DNA of 64,000 nt from assembly GCA_951406725.2 (NCBI GenBank), contig OX597838.1, forward strand, positions 42,036,001 through 42,100,000, in the 5' to 3' direction. The notes under the pieces were generated by a model. It was not told where the DNA came from and searched no databases. It saw only the letters and a program-made list of their open reading frames with translations. A program made the position numbers and the translations under genes. This stretch comes from Octopus vulgaris. Taxonomy: Eukaryota. Shown here one piece after another: positions 50,301 through 63,973 of this stretch (within the stretch, counting starts at the first letter, position 1; the number at the start of each line of letters is the position of its first letter).

Positions 50301-53300
50301 TGCTTTATGATGGAATGGCAACCACTGGAAAAATTATGCCACAACAGACACTATTTCATCCATGTCATCATGGAACATGAAAAAAAAAAAAGACTTGAAA
50401 TAATAAAGTAAAAACAAATTTACATGGCTTCAACTGGGGATTGAAACTGAACTGTAGCTATCATTTTCTATGAATTCTTCACTATTGCCACAAATGTATA
50501 AGAAAGACCAGGTATACTGTATAGAGTTGTTAGGGGTGAAGTTTATACAAGGGCATTCTATAATCCACTGCTTTCGTTAATTCTTGGGGTTTGGTAGATT
50601 CAATCTCTTGGAATTCTGTCAAATGTCATTCCTGTTTATCCACATTGTTTTGTAGCTTTAAGATTTCAATGATGTGACTGTTTATTGTCAAAATGACATT
50701 GTAGGGTAGGCGTGAGAGGTTGGATCTGGCTAGTTTGAAAATAGGGTAGAATATTTGGAAAGGATTTGGTCAGTTTAAATGCTGAAGGGTTGAAAGATAT
50801 TCAAACATACTCAAAACATAAATATATATATGTGTGTAATTTGGTTGTTTTCATGAAGAAAAAAAATTCTTTTCCACAAATCATCTCCATTTGGATTTGA
50901 TTATTTTAGCTGAAAATAATCCCACACTCCATTCCATTCTCAATTAGAAACGGACAGGGAACTGATAAGGGTATAAAATGTAGCAAGATGAAAGACAAAG
51001 TTCCTTTTCAATAGAATACAATTCTAAGAATGCAGTCCTTATTCCAAGTGTCTCAGTTATGGTTTCTCCAAAACTAACAGAGGAATGGAGAATTAAGAAG
51101 TTGTACAATTCATTGCCATCGCCTAAAGTTCATTTTCCATGCTGGCATGGGTTGGACAGTTCAACAAGAGCTGCACCAGGCTCCATCTGTCTGTTCTGGC
51201 ATGGTTTTTACGGTTGGATGACTTTCCTTAATGCCAACCACTTTTCAGAGGGTATTGGGTGGTTTTTATGTGGGCCCCAGTGGAGAGAGGGAGTGAGGGG
51301 TGAGAGGTTAGAGTATAATAAAGGGACAAAAATAGTTGTCTTACTATTGAGCAGATAATTGGCTACCCCTAGTAGGAGAAGGAAGGAGAGAGAGAGGGAG
51401 AGTTAGAGAAAAATAGATGGTGTTGGAGATGTATTGGGGTCCATCTATAGGGGACAGTGGGGGAGATGTTTGATGAGAAAAGGTGACCGTGACAAGTGAT
51501 GGTGAAAGAAATTGGGGTAGCTGGGCAGGGTATTAAGTAAATTTTAATTAAAATACAGTAATTAGACTAATGAACAAATATCTGCTCAGTCATTTCACAT
51601 CCACGATTTCTATGCTTCTGTTAATATCCAGAAACTACATAAGTTGTTTCTCATCTAAGCACAAAAAAATAATGAAAATCAGAAAAATGGAAAGCTAGTT
51701 CCATACCTTGGCTAGAGTAAGACCAATGGTACCTGTACCACAACAGATATCAAGAACAACACTGTCTTTTTCAAGTTGACACCAATCAGCAACAAGAGAA
51801 TAAAGTAAGGCTGTGGCTGGGTTATTGACTGCAAAATGAGAAACATTCAAAATGTCAAGAAATTCCACTCAAAAAATATCATAAAAGATTCTTTAGTGAG
51901 AAAGTTAACGGTGCCAATATCAAAAAGTTAATGGCAGTTGGTTTCCTAAAAAACAGCTTGGAATAAAGACAGGCAAATGCTTCCTGGATAGAGAAAAAAA
52001 TTTTAACCCTTGTGATAAACAACTTGCCCAAGACTGCTCTCGGTTCTACTATATGAACTTGCATTTAAAGTGAACTAAATTAAAATCTTCCATCAAACTT
52101 TCATACCAATTTATCTCCCAGACCAACTTAGCAATGACAAAGTTGTTTCATTACATTCTTCATTAATTTAAAAATTAATTGAAACAAACGCAGCGTATTT
52201 CAGCAGAAACAAGATTAAGGTATTGGAACCGGCGAAAGAAGTTAAAACACACAAAGACGAACTTTGCAGATAATTTTTTTCATGGAGACAGAAGGAAAAC
52301 ACGACATAGTTTTAATGAACATACTTTTAGCCTCAAGTAAAAAGTAGGTTCGTTTATTTTTTTTTTAATCTGTGGCTAGAAAAATGAGACTCGCCTGCCA
52401 AGTTTTAGCAATTTTAATGTCCCATCAGAGTTTGGTCACTCATTTTCCTGACAACAAAGAAAACAAAAGCTTACAAAGGAATGACTGGATGGTCAACAAG
52501 TTCTGTCAAAGATTCTGATCTTTACTGGTAACCCCCAATGCCCAATCCCCAACCAGATTTTACATCAAGTTAAAAGACAAAAAAAACCCTGTGACATCTT
52601 CAATGATAACAGCATTTTAACCTCACTGGCACAGAGAGAAATTATGATGGTGCCATAAGTACCAATGTTGACAAGTCCTGAAGAACATGGTATTAACTGA
52701 ACTAATTTTTCTAGATCAACTCACAGGTTAAGTACAACTACACATACTTTCATACTTTAGTGACATCAAATAACTGAGATGATGATGTTGATGATGATGA
52801 TGATGAACATATTTTTATAAAAATTAATGACTTACTTTGAAAAAATGCATCGGGAGAAATTTGAAAATTCAGACCCAATAAATTTTCAGTAATCCACTGA
52901 AATATAAAAAATAACGACCATATAAATGAATTAAAGAGTAAGTGGAAGAATATTGCAGAATAAGAATAATTGGTAATTTACACTAAAGGGGAGTAGACTA
53001 ATAAAATCGGTAGAGCGACAGAAAAAAAAAAAACCTTGTGGTGGTTCTTCTGGGTCTTTATATTCTCAGTTCAAATCCAGCTGAGGTTGATAAAATAATG
53101 TACCAGTTATGTCCTGGGGTGAATTTAATTGGTTAACCCCTGCAACAAAAATTTCATCATCATGATTTTTTTCATGTCTTTTTCTCGACTTGCAGAGGTC
53201 AAATGGAATTTGTTGGGGGAAGACTTTCTTTGGCTGGATGCCCTTCCTGTCACCAACCTTAGTTTCCGATTAAGTAAATATCTCATGGAAGATTGGAAAC

Positions 53301-56300
53301 AAACAACACTGCTTGTATGATGGTGACTTTCATTTACAAATATCACACAAAGTCAAGATGAAGAGGCAAAACACCCACAGCAGCGAGGCAGGTAGAACCC
53401 TTTGCATGTGGAGCAAAATGCTTAGTGGTATTCTTGTGGAAGTTTACATTCTGAGTTCAAATCCTGCCTCAGGCAACTCTGTCTTTCCTCCCTTTATGGT
53501 TGATAGACTTTCAGTGAAGTCCTGGGATCAACGTAATAGACTTATCCCTTGCCACCGTCATAACTGTTGGACTTGACCTCTGCAACAGACCAGTGTCCAT
53601 TTGGTGAGAAACGTTGTGGTCCCGGTCATTCATACCTCATGGAAACCAGGCAACCAACCATACGAGTCCTAAGTCTCAAGAAGAGCACAAACAACCGGAC
53701 TCTTTCAGTTCCTATCGATGAAATCCATTCACAAGGCTTTTGGTCAGCCAGAGGCTAGAGAGGAAGAAGATCCTTGCCTAAGGTGCCATGCAATGGATCT
53801 GAACCATGAACAATGTGATTGGGAGGCCGTGCCTGTGCCTATATTCGAAAATCATCATCATCACCACCTTGATAATATACTTGAATCCAAGAAGAAAAAA
53901 AAATACAAATAATTTCAAACTTGGGATAAACTAGAAGAGGAGGGGGGGAGGGAGAATAAATTGTTTCATATTTTTAGGAGAGAAATTCAGTGTTGAATGA
54001 AGTGAATTGGTTTCAAATGGGAAATGATGAGATTATGTTTGCCTGAAGGGGTCAAAGTCTAGCCAACTCAGTGATAAGGATCCTTGTAGTTCAATCTGTT
54101 AGAAACAACAGCCAAATCACACCATACTATCATAACTACAAAAGGACAAATTGGACAATGTGATATTCAAAAAGGACAGTGGCCATGGTTTTGCTCAGTC
54201 TTTCTGATTTCGACCCAAGGCCAGCAATTTTGAGGGAAGGGGTCAGTAGCTGATACCATTGATCCCTAGTATTTCACTGGTACTTCAAAGGATGAAAAGT
54301 GAGGTTAACCAGAGCAGGTTTTGAACTCAGAACATAAATCCCCAGAACAAACCCTGAAAGACATTTTCTCCAATGCCCTAATGATTCTACCAACCATTGG
54401 CCTAACCTAGGGTCAAATTAAGCAACAACAACAACAATTACAGAAAACTGTAAAACCAAAATCTCCTTCTGCTGACCTCGTTTCCCATCAGATGCTCATA
54501 GTTCGCTGCTTGCCGACAGCTTGATTGTCTGCAAAGAAACGGAAATAGGAATCAAAAATACACATCAATAAGAGAAATCCTTTCTGTTACAGGCACAAGG
54601 CCTGGTATTTGAGGGGAGGGGCAGTCAGTGGTATTGACACTATCTCTTATTGCCAACATGTTTCAGTCATTAGACAGCGGCCATGCTGGGGCAACATCTT
54701 GAAGAATTTTAGTCAAGCAAATCAACCTGAGTACTTATTCTATCAATCTCTTCTGCTGAACCACTAAGTTATGGGGACACAAACACATCAACACCAGTTC
54801 TCAAGTGGAGGTGGTGGAGGAGGGACAAAAATAACCCCATAGATTACATGTATATATACAAGTTTCTTTTCATTTTAATAATGAAAAATTAGCGAATTGA
54901 CAGAAAGTTTCAAAACAGGAAATTTGTGTACCAGCACATGGTTAGAGCATTCAGAAGGTATTGAGTTCAATTCCTGGTCCGAGCTGTGTTGAGCAAGACA
55001 CTTTGTTTCATTACTGATGCCATGCTGTATTGGCCCCTTTGCCTTTCCCTTAGATAACATCGGTGGCATGGAGAGGGGAGACTGGTATGCATGGGCAACT
55101 GCTGGTCTTCCATAAACAACCTTGCCTGGACTTGTGCCTCAGAGAATAACTTTCTAGGTGCAATCCCAAGGTCATTGATGACTGCAGGGTGCCTTTACCC
55201 ATTACCCTTTAGGACTAAGGGACAATCTCAGATGCATTGCTACCAAAAGAGTTGAAGAACACAGGCAATGTGTCTGCTTAAAAATAATAAGTCCATAAAA
55301 GGACCAGACTCGCTTGGTTCCTTCCAATCTGATGCCTTCCTAATTCCCTCGCTCTCCAAAGTTGTGTTGCATTTTAAACCTTTTAACTCTAATACAGTTG
55401 CAATGAAAGAGAAATATGTTTCGTTATTAAATATATGATAATTAGGGGCCAACCGAATCCCTTGAGTGGACTCGGTACATGTCATGTGTGTGTGTGTCCT
55501 TGTCTTGACATCATAGGATAATAACCATTATATTAACAAGCACTACCATCATACAAGTGGAGTTCCTCATTGTCTGTCTTCTGTGTAGACAGGTCTGGCC
55601 GTAGAAAAAAATGGCCACAATGAATTCCATCCATGCCGGTATGGAAAAGTAGACATTAAAATAATGACAACGACGATGATTATATCTGTATCAAAGAGAG
55701 GAAAACATTGTTGAACGATGCTAAACTCAACCAAAGACAAAGGCTGAAACAAATTACGGCACCACTGACATCATCATCATCATCATCAACATCATTTAAT
55801 GTCTGTTTTCTGTGCTGGCAAGGCCAGGAGCTGAACTCAGTTCCATGTTTTGACAGGATTTCTACAGCAGAGTGCCCCTTTGTAATGCTAATTAGAAATG
55901 GTGTGTGTGTTGACAAGGGCTGAGCAGGGTGGGTGGGTAGATGGAATATTGTGTGATCTCTGGCAATCACAGGAAACTTACTTCTTGGTGACGCAATTGA
56001 AAAATAATGATGTCACACCACACACTTTTCCTTCACCCTCACTGAAAAACTCTTTCAATGCCTCTTTCTCAGCTTGAATTTCCTCCTGGAAGAAAAGAGA
56101 AAAGGAAACAACCAAGTCAATCAACAGCAACAGAGGTAAGTTTATTAGAAGAACACCATATAAGGAAACAGAGACAGCAGGAGAATGGGGGGGGGGTGTC
56201 TAAGACAAAGAAAAATAGTGTGCATATATTTGCGTATGTTTCCAACAGGCTGAGCCTGCCCCATGTAGACGGGATTTCTCATACCTGTAATTTATGTGGG

Positions 56301-57730
56301 ACAAATTGACAGGACCGAGTGTTGGATAGACCATCTCACAGTATTTGTTTCAATTCTCACAGATGTTCAAATCCCACCATGATCCACTCCACCTCACATC
56401 ATTTCAGGGTCAATAAATAAGATTCCACACAACAGATCCCATTCGACACATTTCTATCCAATGAAACTCCAGACACAACAAACACGAGCATCGCATCTGA
56501 TGGTGGATCCGACAGAGCAGGGGAGAGATTGCTTTGCCATAATCATTCTGGCTCTTGACAATCTGATATGTCAGCCTTGTCTGATTCTTCCAAGGTTAAC
56601 AAAACACAATACCAGTCATGTACTGGAGTCAATCTTTCCCTTTCTAACTTTTTGACAGTCTTTCTCTCTTCTGGAAGAGACTGTCTGTTGCCAGGCCCAG
56701 AGGAAGATGGCGCCACCAAGCCTACAGCTGTTCAAGACACATCATATATGGTAACAGCAGTGCCACAACTCCATCAAGAAGTTGAAAGCTCAAAGCAAAA
56801 CAGGGCAAGATATGAAGAAAGTTCAAGGCCTTATTAAGGCTTGTTCCAAAGAATTTTTTTGGCTTCCTTCCAGCAATAAGTCTGTCCAATCAGCAGCAAC
56901 ATATCCATCCTTTTAACATCCCCTTTGCCATGCTAGCATGGGTTGGACAGATTCTAAACCACTGAGCCTCCAATCTTGTAATCAGTCTCATAAAACAACC
57001 ACAGACTCTTCAACACTCAATTCCAAAAGCTTCTGCACTTAACAAGTTTAAGGAACTCACGTCGGAAAGCTCAACAGAATGAAACTCAATAATAGCCATC
57101 ACATCCCCTCTGCTGCTCGTCCTCACAGTCAACTGCCTCCAATATCCTTCGTGAGTTTGGGCATCATAAACAGAATATTTACTTTGACGCACGTATTCTT
57201 GGAAAACCTTAGGAAGAAATAAAAAAAAAAAACAATATTTAAACAAATAATTCAATTCAATGAAAGGAGATGCTATCAAAATATGCATTAATTTACAGAG
57301 AAACATATACAAGCCTATTGCACAGGTAATAACAACATGAAAGGTATGTTTTCAAGAGAAAATTGAAGAAACTAAACCAGAATCAAAATTATGGCAAACC
57401 TAAAATGAGTGTAAGAGGATGAAGAGAAAGAAAAGTAACAAATTATAAATAATAATGAGGAGAGAGAGAAAGAGAAAGAGTGAGTGAGTGAGAGAGAGAG
57501 AGAAAGAGTGAGTGAGTGAGAGAGAGAGAGAAAGAAAGAGTGAGTGAGAGAGAGAGAGAAAGGAGGCAGCTTACTTTAGCAACTTTTTTCATGGCCTCAG
57601 GTAGGATAGCACAAAGAGATGGTTCTCCAACTGCACTAGAACCATCTCGGTAACTACCAAGCCGGAATCCAACTATTTTCTCTGAAACAAAACAATAATA
57701 TATATTACAACAACATACAATGTTAACTCC

Positions 57731-57773
<43 letters not shown>

Positions 57774-60700
57774 AGAAATACACACACACACACACATTTT
57801 CTTATTCTTTTACTCGTTTCAGTCATGTGACTGCAGCCATGCTGGAGCACCACCTTTAGTCAAGTAAATTGACTCCAAGCGTTATACTTTGTAAGCCCAG
57901 TACTTATTCTGTTGGGCTTTTTTGCTGAACTGCTAAGTTATGGGGACATAAACACACCAGCATCTGTTGTCAAACGATGTTGGGGGAACAAACACAAACA
58001 CACACACACGATGGGCTTCTTTCAGTTTCTATCTACCAAATCCACTCACAAAGCTTTGGTTGGCCTGCGGCTATAGTAGAAGATCTTGCCCAAGGTGCCA
58101 TGCAGTGGGTCCGAACCTGGAACCATGTGGTTGGGAAGCAAGCTTCTTACCACACAGCCACTCTTGCACCTATGCCAATCCAATACATTTTCAGAATTCT
58201 AGAAAAAACTGGCACTTATACATTAGGCAACAAAATGGGTTTATTATTTATATAATATTAATATAATAAATTTAGTCTCATAACAGCCAATTTATGTTAC
58301 TGAATGGTTTCCTGCTAAAGAACATTTCCAGTTATGGGGAGGTAAATTAACAATTACCAGACATAGCTTGAGCTCTTTGTTACTGGAGGCCTGAAACAAG
58401 CACATCTGGCTCTAAAGGATCTCAGACATGTTTGAGTGGACATCAGTCACTTGAATGCTGACATGCAGGACATTGCCTAAAAGGGATCAATCTAAGGGAC
58501 GTAACTCTGATGGGCTTAGGAGCAACCCTTGTCTGTTTTTTACTGTTTCTTTGTCATTTGTTATTTGTGAGTTTGTGGAGCAAATTGTTTGCAGAGAAAT
58601 GCATAATTGAGTTATGTGATAGAACAACTCAAGCTGAAACCCAATTATTGGCAATATGACAACAGTAGGGATCTCTGCATATGGACCCTAATCAAGACTG
58701 ACAAAGGAGCAAAAAGACTTCCTATCAGGCGCACATTTTGGTCAACAGCATGGCACCTAATTTGGTATAGACGGAGGCTGTGGCTTTGGTATAAAGAACA
58801 AGGTAGCAGCATGATGTTTCTTCTGGTATCTGAAGCTAAATTTCCTGTAGACAATCAACATCTACCTCTTATTCTGATTGCTGAATTAGACTTTGGGATT
58901 CTGGTTCTCTCACCATAAGTCTACCATTCCAACAGACCACCACTTCATGGGAAAATAGACCGATACATGGTAGAATGGTCTATAAATGCAATAGTTCTTG
59001 GATTCAGTTTCACCATTGGGTATTCCTTGGAAAACAAGATCTCAGTGAAATTACCACATACACCTGTAACAGACTGTCGTCCAGAAGTCATGACTGTTAC
59101 AAACAACTGCAGGGTCCACCCACCTGATCTGTTTGTCCCTTAGAGATGAGTTGACAGGCTCAGCAGCAAGTACACCAAACATTAACATCAAATACTCCAC
59201 TTTAAAAAGCAATAGGTCTATCAAGAGCATAAGGTGATGCTGGGGAAATGAAATGAACTGATCAGGACTCAAAATCCACTGTTAAACCCTTTAACAATTT
59301 ACAGAACCATCCCATCACACGTTGAGGAAATAAAAGCTATTTTTAGAAACAAAATGTTAAGAAAGTTGAAAAGAAAAAAAACAACCCCAAAATAGAACTT
59401 ACCAGATCCTTCGTGGTTTGTACCAATTGTAAACTCTGACTTATTACGATAACCAGTTAGTAATGGCTGTGGATTGAAAAAAATACAAGTGAAAGCAAGA
59501 AATGCCTGGGAATTCACAAGAGAAGGTAATGGCAAATTGGGAGAGAAATGGATAAGGAAGAATAGAATTATGTTGATAAATATATACAAGGGGGTACCCA
59601 AGAGTAACTGGAAACGTTCTCTGAGAGAGCAAGCCCTTTGTAGTTCAGGCTTTCGCCACTAGAAGTCACTTGGTGTGACCCTCAGGCATCAGTTTGCCAA
59701 CTGGTATCATCGAATGTAGTGCTACGTGGTGCATCTTTGCTTTGCAGTGCTTTTCCCCTGTTGATATGACTGGGGTGTCCTGGAGCCCCTCCCAACGAAT
59801 TCTGAGCAAGGAATTGTGAATGAAAAAAGTTGCAGCAAAATTTGTGCCTTGCTTGCTCATGGAAGATCAAAAGCAGTCACGACTGAATGCTTGTCATGAA
59901 CTGAAAGAACAGTTGGAAATCGAAGGTCATCTTTACTGACAAAAGCTGATGCTAGGGAATTTGCAGATGTGGAAGAGACGAAGAAAAGAACAACAGAGGC
60001 ATCACTTTGCAAGAGTTCCAGCACTACATCAAACAGTGGCAAAACAGGTCTGGACCGATGCATTGCTTCAAAATGGAGAATACTTTGAAGGCGATCATCA
60101 TCATCATCATCATTTAACGTCCGCTTTCCATGCTAGCATGGGTTGGACAGTTCGACTGGGGTCTGGGAAGCCAGGAGGCTGCACCAGGCTCCAATCTGAT
60201 CTGGCAGTGTTTCTACAGCTGGATACCCTTCCTAACGCCAACCACTCCGTGAGCGTAGTGGGTGCTTTTTATGTGCCAGGCGAGGCTGGCAACAGCCATG
60301 ATCGGTTGATGCTTTTTACATGCCACTGACACAGGTGCCAGGGGAGGCTGTAAACATGTAAAACTAATTTAATAGAATAATATAGCAAAATTCCGGTTTT
60401 TTGGGGGGTACCCCTTGTATGTGTGTGTGTATACGTATCTTTTGGAATCGGACATTTGGGTTGTTACCCACACTCATACATGCATTTAGATATACAAAGT
60501 ACTGAACATTTCACTTAGACAAACTGATGGAAACTAGCAGATACATTACAGAATTGCATATGTATATATGTGTATATATGGTTAGAGTCCAACCCATGCT
60601 AGCATGGAAAGCGGACGTTAAACGGTGATGATGATGATGAACACAACAGGAAGAGTGGACAATCCAACATTTTGGACACGGTCCTTCTTTGTTGAAAAAT

Positions 60701-61663
60701 TAAGAGGAAAGAAATTCATAAGACACAGCAGAGTTTTACATCCTGAACTCAATTGCAGCCAGTTTCTCCGTTTTGTAAAAGTCTGCTGTCCTTCAGTCAT
60801 TTCTCTCTTTTCAATTTTTCCCCCGAAGAAGGACCGAGTCCAAAATGTTGCATTGTCCACTCCTCACAGCAAGTTCACTAGATTCTTTTTTTTTTATTGA
60901 TTTTACTGTATAATATAAGTGTTGCTGACACAGACCAATGCCAGCCTCTTTAGGAGCCTGATCGTGAAGAGAAAGAAATTACTTACGGAAGGCTGAATGG
61001 CAAGAATCTCACAAATACTATCTGAATAGAGTCGTCTGTAAAATAAGAAAGAAATCAAATAAATGATTCAGAAGATGAAACTGGGAAGCCAGTAATTGGA
61101 TGAAATTACTTATGTTAATTACTGAAAGATGCCATTGTCCTAAAAGACAATAGTTAAATTACTATGAAACTATTAATTGTAGTAAATCCCTAACGAATCT
61201 CTCCACAACACTCCTCCCTTGTTCTCCTAAACTCTTATCTACCCACTTACCCAGGCAAACCCTGTCTACCCCTTCAATTATACTCACCCCCATCACAGTA
61301 ACTTGAGAGTATGCTCCAACATATCTTCTCCACCCTCTATTCTCTCACTCACTCTTCCCCTGTTTTTCTATCTGGGGTAAAACGGGTCTCTCCTCTAATG
61401 CAGGAAACCCTTTTTGTCCCCCTATTCATACCCCAACTTCTCATCGTATTGAGTACAAAGCCACCGTACTCAATACTACACCCCAACTTACTTGAGAAGT
61501 TATGCCATGTAAAAAAAAACGCCCAGGCCCCTCAGTAGAGTGGTTCGTGTTAGGAAGGGCAACCAGTCAAAGGAGACAGTAGAGCTTGGCTAGTCCTCTG
61601 GTCTACCAGCTCCTGTCATACCGTCAAACTACACCGGCAAGGAAAATAAAACATTAGATGGAC

Positions 61664-61700
<37 letters not shown>

Positions 61701-63973
61701 ATGTACACACATGCACAAATTCATATGCGTGTGTGTCCGTCTTTGATCTGACATCATGTGATTGTTGTTAATGTGAGTCACTGTTGTACAAGTGGTAGTC
61801 TCGTTTCGAGTCTTCTGTGAAAACATATTTGGCCAGCAGAAGCGAGAGCTAGTGGCAGGTGGGGGGGCATCTGGCCGAAGAAACTCTGCATTAACAAATT
61901 CTGTATGATCCATGCAAGCATGGAAAAGTGGACGTTAAAAAGACATATACATGTAAATACACACACACACACTGGTAGTATATTTCAGCAGAGATTATCA
62001 TCATCATCAGCATTCTTCTGATGTTTCCAAGCAAGGTGATATTTGCCCCATGGCCAGAAATGTTTTCATGAAAGACTGGGAACGAATCACACCACTCGTA
62101 TGAGAGTGACACTTGTTTACGCAATGTCAAGACAGGGTCTCTCTCTCACACATACACACATGGTTTCTTTCAGTTTCCGTCTGCAACACAAGGCACTGGT
62201 TGGCTTAGGAGCCATAGTACAAAACACTTGCCAAAGTGCCATGAAGTGGGATTGAACTTGAAACCATGTGGTTGCAAAGGGAATTTCTGATCCACACAGC
62301 CAAGCCAGCACCTGATGAAATGACAAAATGAAAACACAAAAAATTACTAAAAAGATATTTACTTTTGTTCGTAGATCCATGTCTTGAGATCTGGGCAGTT
62401 TTGTAAGAGTTCCTTGGTCCATCGTTTCATAACATTTCTTATATCATCAAACTTACGCTGCAATCAAAGAAAAAAAAAAGACAACTGGAAAGATTATAGA
62501 AACCATCATAAAACAATGTTTCTGAGTGAAAGCAAGTGGTTTTGTGGTCAGGGTGTTGCATTTGCAATCATTAGATCATGGTTTCAGTTCCTACACAGGG
62601 CACTGTGGAGTGTTCTTGAGCAAAACACTTTTTTGTGTGTTGGTCCAGTCCACTCAGCTATAAATGAGCCACCCTGTCACACACCAGCGTACCATTCAAC
62701 AGGACTAAATTGATTTTGGTCACTTTTATACGACAGAGATAGTAACGAGTCTGACAAGGCCTACAGCTCAAGACAGAACGACTCCACATCTTTGCCTTTA
62801 ATAAAAGCACAAACACTGTTCCCTTCCCCTTTAAATATCATGTACAGAAAGGGCTAGGTTGACTTTTTTATTTTTTGACATAAACCAGTGTCCAACACAA
62901 CAGGAATTGTTCAGTCAACCAATTAAAACTTCTCTAAAGAATTTTAATGTGAGCCAAGAATTACAGAAATTCAGTCACAGCAGGAAGACCATAACCTCCA
63001 TGCGATTGAGGCAAAGTAATAAAACATTGACATTTCTGTATAGCTTGGTTCAAATGAGAGAGACTCAACCCTCTTGTTACCATATTTCTGTTGAAATTCA
63101 TGGCATTCTGTTTCAGTTAATTTTGAAAATGATGAAGAATTTAAGTAATATAACTTTATTATTATTATTCAGCTGAAAGATTTCAATTGAGATCTCTTGA
63201 AAACACCAAGTTTGTGCCATAGAACCACCAAGAGCAGGGTCAGGTGCCCTAGTATCAAAAGGGTTAAACAATCACGAAACAGAAACAGAGAGTCCTGCTT
63301 CAATAAACAAAACAAAACAAAGGTAACCAACTGTTTTCTGCTCGAGTATACCTGAGCTAAGACCACTTTTGATTGGCCTCTCTTGTGGTGACACTTCATT
63401 CTCAAAGATAGACATTCCTATACAAAGATTTATGTTTTTCATTTGTTTTTTTTCTAAACGATGATCTGATCATTATTTAAATGTACCTTATCTAATAATA
63501 ATCCCATCATCATCATTTAGAAACCCTATACACTCCCCCATTTCAAATACACAGAGGTAGGTGCAGACATGGCTGTGTGGTAACGAATTCCACTCTGCAC
63601 AGAACCAGTTGGTTCCAAGTTCAATCTCAGTGTGTTCTATTCTCTTAACCCTACTGACATGACTGAGCCCAGAGGGGGAAATCATTAAAGGAAATCCTGT
63701 CATTACATTAATTAAGTAGGTTTCACTGGCGATACTAAATTTCTGTTGAAAGTTTGGATTTATAACTAGAATTTGAAGCTGGTTGTAGAGTAAGAACTAC
63801 TGTGGTTAGGGGCTGCAGTTGTGTTGGTCATGTATTTAGAAAAGACAGCAGTTAGAATAAACTGCACTTTTTTTTATAGGGTTTGGGTGATTGAGGGCAT
63901 TCAGAAAACATTCTTTACCTTTAGTTGTTCCTCATATGTTAAGTCATACAGTGGCATCACAGCTTTTCTGACT
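43852..63973 (-). CDS. TRMT2A: tRNA (uracil(54)-C5)-methyltransferase homolog A (copy B, canonical), 14 exons visible, 5' part beyond the window end
   Basis: join(complement): 63973-63919, 62457-62363, 61035-60987, 59466-59403, 57681-57575, 57207-57061, 56085-55982, 54528-54477, 52896-52836, 51828-51707, 49990-49915, 48129-48013, 46651-46555, 44359-43852. All GT-AG and in phase. Intact motifs [43 protein letters not shown]. Confidence 0.95.
43885..44238 (-). repeat. Coding minisatellite, 36-bp unit (18-bp subunit) encoding [12 protein letters not shown]
   Basis: Six identical 12-aa units plus degenerate hexapeptides (about 20 hexapeptides in total), in frame at the C-terminus of copy B. Confidence 0.95.
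45495..45880. mobile_element. Same MITE family, copy 3
   Basis: Same TIRs and body. Perfect TSD aaattatg at 45487-45494 and 45881-45888. Confidence 0.92.
46555..46651 (-). CDS. TRMT2A: TRMT2A copy B exon with catalytic Cys (VIYVSCNP)
   Basis: 97 nt, GT-AG. Confidence 0.95.
48013..48129 (-). CDS. TRMT2A: TRMT2A copy B exon with motif IV ([10 protein letters not shown])
   Basis: 117 nt, GT-AG. Confidence 0.95.
49311..49640 (+). mobile_element. Non-autonomous Helitron/Helentron-like element (HINE/DINE type)
   Basis: Starts tattacccctgccttagcgaaagcaaaggtg, then a (gttt/gtct) microsatellite and 'gatatctcaaga...gatgaaacttt'. Ends gccttggtggaggtttgcgctctctgagtgctct (subterminal IR plus 3' hairpin), the typical architecture of this class. 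Confidence 0.65.
49915..49990 (-). CDS. TRMT2A: TRMT2A copy B exon ([25 protein letters not shown])
   Basis: 76 nt, motif II GVE. Confidence 0.95.
51707..51828 (-). CDS. TRMT2A: TRMT2A copy B exon with SAM-binding motif I ([12 protein letters not shown])
   Basis: 122 nt, GT-AG. Confidence 0.95.
52836..52896 (-). CDS. TRMT2A: TRMT2A copy B exon ([20 protein letters not shown]), motif X
   Basis: 61 nt, conserved ISPxAFFQ. Confidence 0.95.
54477..54528 (-). CDS. TRMT2A: TRMT2A copy B exon ([17 protein letters not shown])
   Basis: 52 nt, ttctttgcag / GAG|gtcagc. Confidence 0.88.
55982..56085 (-). CDS. TRMT2A: TRMT2A copy B exon ([29 protein letters not shown])
   Basis: 104 nt, GT-AG. Confidence 0.92.
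57061..57207 (-). CDS. TRMT2A: TRMT2A copy B exon (VFQEYVRQ...[10 protein letters not shown]...ELSD)
   Basis: 147 nt, conserved [10 protein letters not shown]. Confidence 0.95.
57575..57681 (-). CDS. TRMT2A: TRMT2A copy B exon ([36 protein letters not shown])
   Basis: 107 nt, GT-AG. Confidence 0.95.
57800..58172 (-). mobile_element. tRNA-derived SINE (same family as 24705-25072)
   Basis: Collinear similarity over about 370 bp. Confidence 0.8.
59403..59466 (-). CDS. TRMT2A: TRMT2A copy B exon ([21 protein letters not shown])
   Basis: 64 nt, conserved YRNK motif. Confidence 0.95.
59587..60417 (+). mobile_element. Internally deleted mariner-type transposon with a nested RTE-tail insertion
   Basis: TA|CAAGGGGGTACCC ... 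GGGTACCCCTTG|TA TIRs. Transposase relics [31 protein letters not shown] (about 59820-59910) and NGEYFEGD (about 60070-60096). Confidence 0.85.
60653..60862. mobile_element. Small MITE-like element with 37-bp TIRs
   Basis: gagtggacaatccaacattttggacacggtccttctt (60653-60689) pairs with 60826-60862 with 2 mismatches. No clear TSD. Confidence 0.65.
60987..61035 (-). CDS. TRMT2A: TRMT2A copy B exon ([16 protein letters not shown])
   Basis: 49 nt, ttattttacag / gtaagt. Confidence 0.9.
62363..62457 (-). CDS. TRMT2A: TRMT2A copy B exon ([32 protein letters not shown])
   Basis: 95 nt, GT-AG, aligns to the start of the copy A fused exon. Confidence 0.9.
63919..63973 (-). CDS. TRMT2A: TRMT2A copy B exon ([18 protein letters not shown])
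   Basis: atcatttcag acceptor, AAG|gtaaag donor, 55 nt. Confidence 0.9.

Noticed and set aside
24705-58172. Similar SINEs just upstream of exons in both paralogues as a shared ancestral insertion
   Set aside because: They lie in non-homologous introns and belong to a high-copy family, so independent insertions are more likely.
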